A stretch of 63,480 nucleotides of DNA, the filler included, from Choristocarpus tenellus KU-1152 (Eukaryota > Protista > Phaeophyceae), in assembly GCA_964200185.2 (NCBI GenBank). It is 8 parts of 8 records of this genome, joined end to end, with 100 filler letters (N's around TTAATTAATTAA, not from the genome) between each part and the next. Parts side by side here need not be neighbours in the genome. Positions count along the whole stretch, not along the records: positions 48,707 to 52,107 come from CAXNAD020020284.1; positions 52,208 to 57,890 come from CAXNAD020010024.1; positions 57,991 to 60,620 come from CAXNAD020026128.1; 5 more parts are not named here. One strand, written 5' to 3'. Below, piece by piece: positions 49,672-60,720 of the stretch (its first letter is position 1; the number at the start of each line of letters is the position of its first letter). The notes beneath the pieces were generated by a model. It was given only the letters and a program-made list of their open reading frames with translations. It was not told where the DNA came from and did no database searches. The translations under genes and the position numbers were made by a program.

Positions 49672-50153
49672 CTAGACTCAGGGTGCGGGGTCAAGTGTAG
49701 ATGGCGGCGAGGGGGGTGGTGGGCATCCTGGCAACATAGTGTCGTATTTGTTGTGATGGTTGAGTAAAAATATTTGGATACGGTGTTATATGCCTTCAGT
49801 TCGATGCTGGGGGGTCATGTTTACCATTAGAGATCTAGAACTCCAACTATTATGTCTGAAATAAAGAAAGAAGACGAGAGTCTTCAAATATCCTTGCCTT
49901 CTGCAGAGCTGTCTCTAGTGCAAGGAAGGTGCAGTCTGGTTAGGAGAGATAGATTTTACATTCTCACGCCAAGATTGAGTATTCTGCGAAAACAAGGGAC
50001 GCTCTGCCTGGCAAAGTCCATGCTTCGAAAAAAAAAAACGTTGGGCGCAGTAGAGGACGTGAAATATCTGCCACAGCTCAAGCAATATACCGCCAACCTT
50101 TGCCAACTAACTCACGCAGCAAACTACCTTTCGCACTTCAGTATGCTGCGTAC

Positions 50154-50357
50154 CTGTGCCTCCTCTCCAGGATCCTCCTCCTCGACAGGGACCGGCTTCT
50201 GCTTACCAGATGTCTTTTTCGCGTTCTTTAGTTCCAGATCCGGAAGGGGAAAGGGAAGGCCCCCAAATCCAGGGTATATCTGCTGCCCACCCCCGTCAAG
50301 GGTGGGCAAGGGAGGTAGTCTAACGAGAGGGGGAAAGTCACACACCATGGCCTTCAT
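50154..50357 (-). CDS. Orphan gene B, putative exon 1 (Pro-rich, then charged)
   Basis: ATG at 50357, 68 codons, CAG|gtacgc donor; GC-richer than its flanks. Confidence 0.45.
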
Positions 50358-52436
50358 GCGTCAACACTAGGTTGGCAGCAATGATCATCTTGAATCAATA
50401 AGTTACCGCGTACTTTGTAATTTTTTTGCGGATTTCTCATTCTCAACCTTCGTCGAAAACTTATATAAATCATGATTGTGGGGTTACCAACACCATGCAA
50501 CCTCCTACACAACGCCACGAGGCGGTAATGGAACCACAAAGAACGAAAGACCGAGAGGGTGCAGAGCACTCTGAGAACAGAAGCCCGGCTTACCCAAGAG
50601 TGTCCATGTGCTGCTCCCTCTAAGGACTTGATACCAACGTCACCACTCGCTACGTATTACAGTTGTGTCAACACTTTTGCGTGATTGCCATGACTAGCTC
50701 ATTAATGATTCCCCAGAGAGGTCGAAAGTTCTGGACCAAACTTTAAAATCACACCTTAACTATTATTGTGGGCTCGATGTTTACGTTTATATTGTAGACC
50801 TCTAACGCTCGTCCTGTTCAAGTCTCATAGTTTGTTATGTATGGGGTGTATATGAGTGAGGACGATAGATCAAATCAAATTCATATAATAAAAGTATCTT
50901 GTTTCCCTGGATCTTTTGGATCTAAACATGTAAGGATCTCAGGTCCCTCCAGCAAAGTACAACTACTATGTGTATACTGTATTGTTGTGCATGTATAATA
51001 TAGCGAAAGTAGTAGTAATGTAACTCACCAGCACCTTCTGGCGACAAGCCTTCCCTGCTCGAAGCTATTCAACATCCCTTCAAGCCCATCTCCCCTTCTC
51101 TTCTCCGTTCTCACCATCAATTCCTCCCACAGCAAAGGGCGGTTCGAAGCCTCCTTGCCCCTTTATTCTGCCATCCCCCTTGTTAAAAAGATTGCTCAGA
51201 GGTTGCCTTTATCTCGCCTTGCTTGTCCTGCATCACCAACCCTATATTTGCCTTTAGTTCTATCCTATTCCTTACTACCTCATCATGCCTCCACCTTCTA
51301 CTCATTTCTTGAACTTGTCTCCTACCTATTCTGCCTTCTAGTCACCCCAGTCCTCAACTTTTTGTCCACCTTCCAATTCTTTTCACAAAACTCACATTAC
51401 GTTATAAACTTAGGTAGTGAACATACCCTGGTAATTAATTATCCACTGGACCTTTGTCTTAGCCATCAATTATCTCTGACGTATGACCAAAGAGACCCAT
51501 CATACCGCTATATTGTACCGAACTAAAGATCAATATGCATTAAACTGTGTTATATACTTGAATCAGCACACACAACGTAAATACAACACTAGTTAGAGGC
51601 GGGGGAGTGGAAGAAGAGTAGGAACTTTAGAAGTAGGACGAACCAGAGAGCAGAAATGTTGGCCAAACGAGTATGAGAAGAAATTGAGGGGGTCAAAAGA
51701 GACTTGGTGAACAGCGACGAGGGTGAGGGAGAAAAGATGTGAGAAGGGGAAGAAGAAGATAAAGGAAAGGGTGAGGAGGATGTGAATGACTTACGAGAGA
51801 AATATCAAGCCACTCTCTAAAGAAAGATGTGACTGAGATAGAAAAAGGAATGAACACGAGATGATGATGATATTGGGAGAAGCAAATAAGTACCGCCTGA
51901 CCCTACGTTATAAAATGAGCCCATTGAGCGGGTGAGGAGAAGGAGTTATTAGGAAAGGGAGAGGGATGAGAGAATTATCATATTTGGCAGAAATGATAAA
52001 AGAGAAGACGACGATTCAAGTATGAAGGAGAACCAATATCACCTTATACTTTGTATTGGTTGGGTATATCCCTGGGTCAGAGTATCTTGGGGGGGGGTTG
52101 TGAGGGGNNNNNNNNNNNNNNNNNNNNNNNNNNNNNNNNNNNNNNNNNNNNTTAATTAATTAANNNNNNNNNNNNNNNNNNNNNNNNNNNNNNNNNNNNN
52201 NNNNNNNATAATACTCCTTCATATATGCTTATTTTCACCTTCGTAGTTATAACCTCAACACCTTCACCGTAAAAAGTTTTGAGCGCCTCGGTAAGCAAGC
52301 AGAGAGTTTTCTGGATGAGTTGACTACGCACACATTAGGGGGGAGAAACCCAAAATATATATTATCCTCGAACATTTTGAAGATGTGATAGGGGAAGAGG
52401 CACTTTAATACCATAATACTCCTTCATATATGCTTA

Positions 52437-52919
52437 TTTTCACCTTCGTAGTTATAACCTCAACACCTTCACCGTAAAAAGTTTTGAGCGCCTCGGTAAG
52501 CAAGCAGAGAGTTTTCTGGATGAGTTGACTACGCACACATTAGGGGGGAGAGGACTGGGAGGCTACAACAGGAAAGGGGCTGCCAAACCCCGTCTACGAC
52601 AGATAGTGTCGGTCACAACACAAAGTAGTTCTATCAAGACGTGTCATGCGTCATAAGCTGGAGACACCAGGGAGATGGGCAAGGAGTGGCTTATTATTAT
52701 TATATTGTTGGGATGCTTCCCTACCTCCTCACTCTGCGTAGGACTAAGGTAGGTTGGAGGTACAGGAAGGGAGTGGTGTTGTAGAGGTGGTAGTAAAATA
52801 GAAATAGTAAATAGAAAAATGTCTTTCGCATTTTACAACAACTGTTACTTTTTTAGGGGTTGTTCTGACATTTGAATGGTTTTTCATTGGTTTTTCCTTT
52901 GACACGTCTCCAAAATGTG
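52437..52919 (+). mobile_element. 5'-truncated 3' end of an RLE-type (CRE-like) non-LTR retrotransposon
   Basis: Inverted homologue of 53265-53737; encodes SYNLNTFTVKSFERLGKQAESFLDELTTH. Confidence 0.7.
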
Positions 52920-52924
52920 ACTCG

Positions 52925-52972
52925 GTATGTATGTATGTATGTATGTATGTATGTATGTATGTATGTATGTAT
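52925..52972. repeat. (TATG)n microsatellite
   Basis: Directly visible. Confidence 0.95.
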
Positions 52973-53264
52973 AATTTGGTTTTCCGTGACATACCTAAGA
53001 AATGTCAGAGGGCAGAATAATATGGATGATAATATAAATATGGATGACCAAAAGAAAATGTCAAAGAGCATAATAATCAAATATAAAGCAAGTAATACTA
53101 ATACTACTACTACACACACTTGGTTAGAAACATAACACTTCTACTGTAATGTCTTTTGTTGACAATTTAAGAAAATGGATTTATTATATTATATGTGGTA
53201 TGAAGAAGAAATATAATCTTGACAGAATTAATTAAATATATATTAATTTTATTATTTTGTCTCC

Positions 53265-54470
53265 CACATTTTGGGTAGATTTCAAAGGAAAACCCAATGA
53301 AAAACCATTCAAATGTCGTAACCCCTAAAAAAGTATCAGTTGTTTAATATTTGAAAGGCATTTTTCTATCATCTATTTACTGGTACTATTTTACTACCAC
53401 CTACACCTCTCCCCTTCTGTACCTCCAACCTACCTTAGTCCTGCTCCCCAGGGTGAGGAGGTAGGGAAGCATCTCAAGAATCTAATAAGCCCCTCCTTGC
53501 TCATCTCTCTGGTGTCTCCAGCTTAAAATGCATTACACGTCTTGATAGAGCTACTGTGTTGCGATGGACACTATCTGTCATAGACAGGATTTGACACCTC
53601 CTTTCCTGCTGCAGCCTCTCGCCCCTCTCCCCCCTAATGTGTGCGTAGCCAGCTTATCCAGAAAATGTTCTGCTTGCTTACCGAGGCGCCCAATGCGTTT
53701 CACTGCGAAGGTGTTGAGGTTATAACTACGAAGGTCAAAAGAACTGTCCTAGTGGGTGCACTTTCACACCTCAGCTGCATCAGCAGTTACACCAATGCTG
53801 GAGGATGAGTGGGGCAGATGGGAAGCTGCTTGCACTTCTGGAAACGTAACATCTAGAAGGAGGTCTTTGTTCCAGCGTCCACAAGTGCCCCAGAATGGAA
53901 CATCAGATCCATACGGAAATTTCGGTCCACTGTGAATCGTCTACCATCCTCCATAGTGCAAGGGGTACCCATTCCTTTGCGGAGTTGACCGAGGCACCTC
54001 ACCATTGGTGTGTGTCGGCGTACCTGTCCTCCTGCCCTAGGGCAGGTATGAGCATGTCTAGTGTCCACATCTTGCCTCCTGCTCTCAGCCACTGGGCACC
54101 AGTTCGATAGGACCTCCTCCCTCCCTAGGAATCTGCTGGCAATGAGTCTAAACTCTATGGAGGAGGGATCTGGCACGCTGGCATGCTGATTCCAGGGGTT
54201 GTGTGAAGGCCCATGCATTAGCCCCTTGTGCACACTGGCTCCAGTGGTGGGCCAGGGCTATCAAGGAACTTTCCTTCTTCCACTTTCACAGGTAAAGCGC
54301 CCAATTGCATCCAGAAAGGGTCCACGCGGATCCTGTTTAGAAGGCGGGTGATCTCGTGTTGTGCCCTCCTTGTGATCCTGGCATCACGAGCTGCCAAAGT
54401 GTGGATCTCTGGGGCAGGTGTCGGGGCAGTGCAGGGCCATTTGGGACTTCTGGAAGTAGGGTTGTTCTAG
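53265..54470 (-). mobile_element. Decayed RLE-type (CRE-like) non-LTR retrotransposon, C-terminal zinc knuckle/endonuclease and 3' UTR
   Basis: EFRLIASRFLG..WCP..DTRHAHTCPRAGGQVRRH..FRMDL, then after a frameshift LDVTFP..AAEV*K..FAVKRIGRLGKQAEHFLDKLA; A-rich sequence follows the 3' end. Confidence 0.75.
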
Positions 54471-56705
54471 ATGACTCTCAGTGGAAGTAGTGGTAGAGAG
54501 GACCCTACCAACCCACTTCCAATGTTGACCAAGCAATTTAGTCCTACTAGAGAGACTATTACAGAAAGGGAGGCCATATCCGCAATTGTTGTATTATTAA
54601 CACAGCATTTTGAATCAACAACCTACTATGACACGCCTTTGTCAGAGTATACCTCAACTGTTAAGGAGGAAGCCATATAAGCGTTCAACGGAATATCTAA
54701 ACATATTTGACTTGGCTTGCTCTCAGTACCCTCGGGCACCGATGGTTGTTAGCAGTCTGGTACTGTTTGACTCTATGCTCGTACTCATTGTTCATAGTGC
54801 AGTGAGCCCCCCCTCAATGTACCAGAAAAGTGGGATTTGTAGACAACCATCCCGACGAAAACATTTTTTTAACCTATGTCCTGCCACTTGAAGTAGAAAA
54901 GGTGAAGTTATCGATTAAGGTCTATGTGAGTACATGAGGATAAGAATTTACTTACCTTCATCGGACCTTCCAATGCTTGAAAAAAGTGGGTTGTTGAACC
55001 TATGGGTTCCACACTCTAATCAACGCAACCAGGGCGACAGAGGTGGAAGTTGGAGTCTGTTCTCCATTTTTGTTGCTATTTTATGCCTGTTCCTCCAGTA
55101 GACACATGCCAATGGTGCTCTTTCTTTCTCTCCCATGTTCCCCTTGTAATGATATCATCTTGTGTGCTTGACCTCTGCACCTCATGCCTAATCATTTCTC
55201 TTTGGTTTGTCTCCAGCATTCCCCACCTATCTACAGAAATATGCGCACTCAGACGAGCATGTAGTGACAGTGCCGTGGGGCAATAGTCCTGTCGAGGACA
55301 CCTTTGTCTCACTTGCAACAACCATTGTTGGCTACTGCCGACCCTCCACACCGAGGCAAGGGTGGTGCAGGGCACAATACTGTGTGCGGGTAACAGAGAG
55401 GGGCCCATCAATGGGGAAAAGACAGGGGAAAGCTCCACCGGGTTTGTAACCATTGTCCTCCAACAGCCACAGGTGGAAAGGAATAGCAGGGAGGGTGTGC
55501 GTGGATAAACTCGTGGGGCTGTGCTGAGGGTAAGGGAGAAGGAGAACATCTGCCAGTAAGCAGCCAGAATTGTCCAAAAGCATTAGGAGGAAAAGCACAG
55601 GGAGGGGGGGAGGTATGGTGTGTGTCTGGGGAAAAAGAGCAGGAGAAGCTCTCACCGGGTAGCAGCTGTAGTGCTACAGGTGCACCAGGAGGAAAGTCAC
55701 GGGAGGCTGTGCCAAGAGGGGTCTGTCTCTCACTGTGCAAATTTGACTATTGAGCTAAACATACTTCAGAAAACCTGAATACTTACGGGGCCTATGCTTA
55801 AATTTTGGGCCTCAAAGTGGTTAACTGGGAATTCTTAACAAATAGTGTGGGTATCACAGACCAGGGCCAATGCCCTGCCAGAGTGCAAAGAACAAATGGC
55901 GTTTGGGGGCAATCCATCCCCTTCATATGGTTTTAAACAGAAGGTGCACTAGAGGTGTGTAGAAGGGAAGGGGGGAGAATCTGGCGATAGTAGTGACAAA
56001 TATCCACCCCTTCATGTCTAGTGATAGTTACTAAATAGTCGTCTGAGCCATACAAATCAAATGATCCATAAAACAAATTGTAGTAGGTTGCTGTCATTTA
56101 GTACTTTGAAGTACATATATAAATTATGACTCGCGCCGCTTCCAGTGGGGTACATGTAATTTTGCGGCTTGCGGACTTGCCTTTAAACAGATCAACTTTG
56201 TTTGGTTTAATGTTCCCTTTTTTTTGGAAGTATGATCCTCCTTTCGCCCACAACAATGGATTGGAACAATAAAGGAGGAACCCCTCCCACACGCCTATAC
56301 AAAGGTCAACTTTTGTGGGAAGTAAGGAATATGGACCTTTAAAGCATCTCCTTGAGGCATCATCGAGCGTCTTTGCCACATCGCCTCGACTGATCACCAT
56401 CCATCATATCACCGCCGATTTACATGTGGCACTTCTTTGGGGCCATGACAGACTTCCTTTTGCATCATAAATGTAGTTTTTTTGCGTTAGGGTCACCAAG
56501 GAAAATAATCAAAGAGATTCAGGTGGACTATTTCAGACACAAGCGAGTGCAACAACAGATAGAACAATAACAATACGTAGGCGGTTACAAAAAAATAATT
56601 CGCTGAATATTTCAATATTAGGCAGCACAGGAGAGAGCGAGGAGGGTGCACTCAATGATGAAAGCCAGAACAGTTGACCTTTGGTGAAGTTTGGGTGGTG
56701 CTGAC

Positions 56706-56969
56706 GAGTCAAAGTATATTGGAGGGTAGAGTCGCATCCATTTGGGTGCCAAATCCAATCTTGCAACTTTGATGAAATTTTGATGAAAATTTGACTATCG
56801 TATTTGTTAGGAGATATCAATATCCTTGTCCCAGACACTACTTTTCATTAAGTATACATTTTACCTAATCCGAAACATTTTGGAGTAGGTAAAATGTCAT
56901 TAAAAAAAATCATGTGAATCCAAGCCCCAAGTGGACAAACAGGGAAAAACTCGTGCCCTCTCTTCGCTC
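56706..56969 (+). mobile_element. MITE family 2 copy with damaged 3' TIR
   Basis: Colinear similarity to 58971-59231. Confidence 0.8.
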
Positions 56970-58970
56970 TGGTGGTTGATGCAAGCACAGGTGTAGAAAC
57001 AAGGAAATTCGGAACCAATAATAATGTAAAGACGGACAAGACACACATACAAGGTCCATTTCGTTGTACGGCAGTGATAATACTCTTGAGCATACAAGCC
57101 GATCTTACTATCACTTAGGGATAGGGACAAGACTGAGCGACTGCATCATAACTTCCAAGTTGCCTGCTGCTGTGGGAAGCGCAGCAGATTCAAAATGTTG
57201 CTGTAGACTCCAGAATACTCATTCCTCAGGGTCTGAGTCATGGAAACATATCCACCTATGATGGAGCACATTTGAGTGGTAAATAGGTTCAATACCATGA
57301 AATCACAACTATTGTAACATATGGACTTCATTTATGTGTTCCTGCAGTATACCATCTTAACAAAACTGTCAACGTTTTCTTGTCTCTCTATTCCTCCCTG
57401 CACACATTAGCTCACCCACGCAAGGGGAAGAGCAAGGCCATGAGAGGTGGTACCCCAGGTGAGGCAAGGATTCTACGAGGTGACTGTCACAGCACTTGAT
57501 GACATTTTCCTGTTTCAAAGCGCTCAGGTTCAGAGAAAAGGGTTTAAGCTCTCTCTCTATCTCTCTTCTATCACTAATGTTTGAACCATTTAATGTCTTT
57601 GCACGTACTGATAAAGAACATAGATATGCAAGGATGTTTTGATTTTCTAAAGCTAATATTATCATTACTAGGTTACAGGACGGCTGGTGCTATAATCATT
57701 ATTAGTACGACACCGTCTCTTTGTACTAGCAGCAAAATATGGCTCAGCTTCTTTACTCTGCAGTATTGCCATTGGGTTTGATCTCCTTGTGGCATATGCC
57801 CCTCTTGAAAAGAAAAGAGGCAAGATGAGGAGGTCAGTGCAATGGGGAACATTTAAAAAACGTTCAATTCTGGTACACATTCCAGTCCCCNNNNNNNNNN
57901 NNNNNNNNNNNNNNNNNNNNNNNNNNNNNNNNNNTTAATTAATTAANNNNNNNNNNNNNNNNNNNNNNNNNNNNNNNNNNNNNNNNNNNNCTATACGACT
58001 GTATGTTACAGGCGCCCCTCGGAACTCACCTCAACAGGATGTACGACTCAAATCCAACGACCTTAAAACGACCCTATGGGGGCGTTGCCTTTTACAACGG
58101 TTTGTAGGATGTCAGATAGCCTTCTCTTGATACTCCACTCAGTGCTTAGCTCGAAGCTTGACTAAATGTTTCGTTCAAAAAGGTAAGGCTGGTGCATGAG
58201 GGGGGTAAAAGTGTTTCCACTAAGAGCCCTCTCATTATTTTCATCATCCACCCAATTGCTTTGGACTTCTATCAACTGCTCTATAGGTAATCCAATCATA
58301 AACATTTATTCTTCAACTTCGTAGTGACTTTGACATTTTCTTCTGTAATATTACGTAGGTATTCCCAATCTTACTCTGCATCTTCTACGAAATCATAATT
58401 TATTCTGTAAGGCTACATATGTGTTACTAATATCGTACATAGTTTGTACTTGTCAGAACTCGAGAAATAATCCTCACACTATACGCCTGTCACAAATGTT
58501 CGTATTTCCTAAAACATGAGAAGAAAATGCTCGCGCTATTCGCGTGTAGCAAATGCTCGCACTTCGTTGAAATACAAGAAGAAACGCTCGCACTATTACC
58601 ATATCCAGTGTTTTCTTGTTCGCTGCTCACGAAGACTGGAAATGTCTGTCTCGTCCTGTCCTCCTTTTGTTTCTCTCTTGAGGTACCCAGCCCGAGTATC
58701 AAGTCTCTATCCTTTCTGCTTGTGCCTCACCTTCTTGACGGGGGTACCTGTGGGTCACAGACGAAGCACATATTGTATTCCCTTAGCCATATATGCCTGA
58801 GATGCGACTGATCAAACTGCTGGTTGATTCTGTATCTGAAGGTGGAGATTGCAACGAAGGGAAACGCAAAAAACAGCAAGGGCACCAATGGACAACAGGA
58901 GTGACTTTGTGAATAAGGCTGAACCTACTCAACAGAAAATCGAGACACATGGAACATACAACAGTAATAC

Positions 58971-59231
58971 GAGCCAAAGTATCTTAGAGGGTAGAGCCGC
59001 GTCCATTTGGGGACCAAACTCCAATATTGCGATTTTGATGTGATTTTGGCTATCGTGTTTGTTAGGAAGTGTCAATATCCATGTTCCGGACACACCTTTT
59101 TTCATAACGTATACATTGTACCTACTCCGAAAAATTTTGGACTAGGAAAATGTCATAAAAAAAAACACTGGAAGCCAAGCCCCAAACGGAAAAACAGGGC
59201 AAAACTCGTACCCTCTAAGATACTTTCACTC
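58971..59231 (+). mobile_element. MITE family 2, complete copy (261 bp), 4-bp TSD ATAC
   Basis: TIRs GAGCCAAAGTATCTTAGAGGGTA / TACCCTCTAAGATACTTTCACTC; ATAC on both flanks. Confidence 0.9.
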
Positions 59232-60505
59232 ATACTGCCATTAAGTACTCACATGTCGTGTGAAGCAATTAGGTCCCGCGTCACCAGCAAATATGTCGTT
59301 TGTTTGGGGCTAGTTGACCACGGCACTTTCCACCGAGGTTGTCTAAAAGTAGTGTGCATAATATTTTTTGGCACGATGTTATGACGCGTCAATGAGACAG
59401 ATCAGACAAATTATCGCCTACCTGAAGGAGCAGACTATATTTGTGGGTGGGTGATCTTTACGTAGCTCCCGAACCCAAAACACACCATCCATAGTATTTT
59501 GAGTACAGAATCAGAAAGGAGTTATAGGTCGGCCACTGTCGACGCCCTGTGGCGAGGGTTCAATGCCTAACTCGTGGACATAGAGGAAGGAATGTGGGTA
59601 AGAGCTTACGTACCCTTTGTTGTGGTCCGGAGTAGGAGCCATTGACTACTTTACCTGCTTATCACTACGGAGGAGCTTCCTCTATCTTAGATAAATTGAT
59701 CGGGAGATTGTTCAATTGCATCTACTCCTGAGACATCCACAGTGGTACGAGGTAAATTTAGTGCTAAGGACAAGGGTGACAAGTAGTAGGACGTAAATAT
59801 AATCTGACAGTGAGACGGGGAGGGTAGGGTAGAGTTCCACCATAATATTCATATTATTGCTTACAAGGATGTTATCTTAATCAAACGATCGAACACTGGA
59901 ACATGACACTTTATGTGACAGGGGTTCGATGAGACCTTGTGAGCAGGGCTTCAAAATTCGTTATGCTAATGATCATGTGTGTTGTATATGGAATTGACAG
60001 TTTGACCATCGACAGACACTGACCCAAAGATGTTTTTGTAACAATTTTTAGATAGAGCTATCCTTACACACGAAATAGTGTGTATCTGTGACTATCGTCA
60101 AACCAACTCCCGTCCCTTCTACGAATACAAATGCATAATTTTACTGCCCGCCTCCATGATGAGACGGTATTTCCATTAAAATTGTTTCTTGTCCAAGCGG
60201 ATTTGACCTTTGTGGGACAACTGGGCGGGGCTTGACTGACTCGTGCAAACATTTCTTCCCTTCTTGACCAGCTTCATAGTGTCTATCTAGGAGTAGCAGT
60301 TTCAACTATAATCGTTCAAATAGCATGCTTGTTTTCAATTACACTAGAACCCTTTCCAGTGTATCTGATAGACCTCTGAGTAGATAAATAGATTGTTGTT
60401 ATGGGGCTCGCTGTATCTTGAAGTTGCTTTTTTCCTTGTGCAGACTCTAACGGTGTTGTGTTTGTTGATTTTTTCGCTTGAAGTTTCTTCTTTTGCTATG
60501 TGACA

Positions 60506-60620
60506 GGCTCAAAGTGTCTGAGAGGGGGTGGCAGCTGTCCACTTGGGGTCAATTTTTCCATGTCGCGATTTTTAGGTGATTTGGTTGCATACATCAGATG
60601 GATACTGTAACTGAACTTTT
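60506..60620 (-). mobile_element. MITE family 1 fragment at contig end
   Basis: Colinear with 28531-28645. Confidence 0.85.
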
Positions 60621-60720
60621 NNNNNNNNNNNNNNNNNNNNNNNNNNNNNNNNNNNNNNNNNNNNTTAATTAATTAANNNNNNNNNNNNNNNNNNNNNNNN
60701 NNNNNNNNNNNNNNNNNNNN

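Noticed and set aside
52208-52551. 139-bp exact direct repeat (52208-52346 = 52413-52551)
   Set aside because: Identical and starting exactly at a contig edge; probably assembly redundancy.
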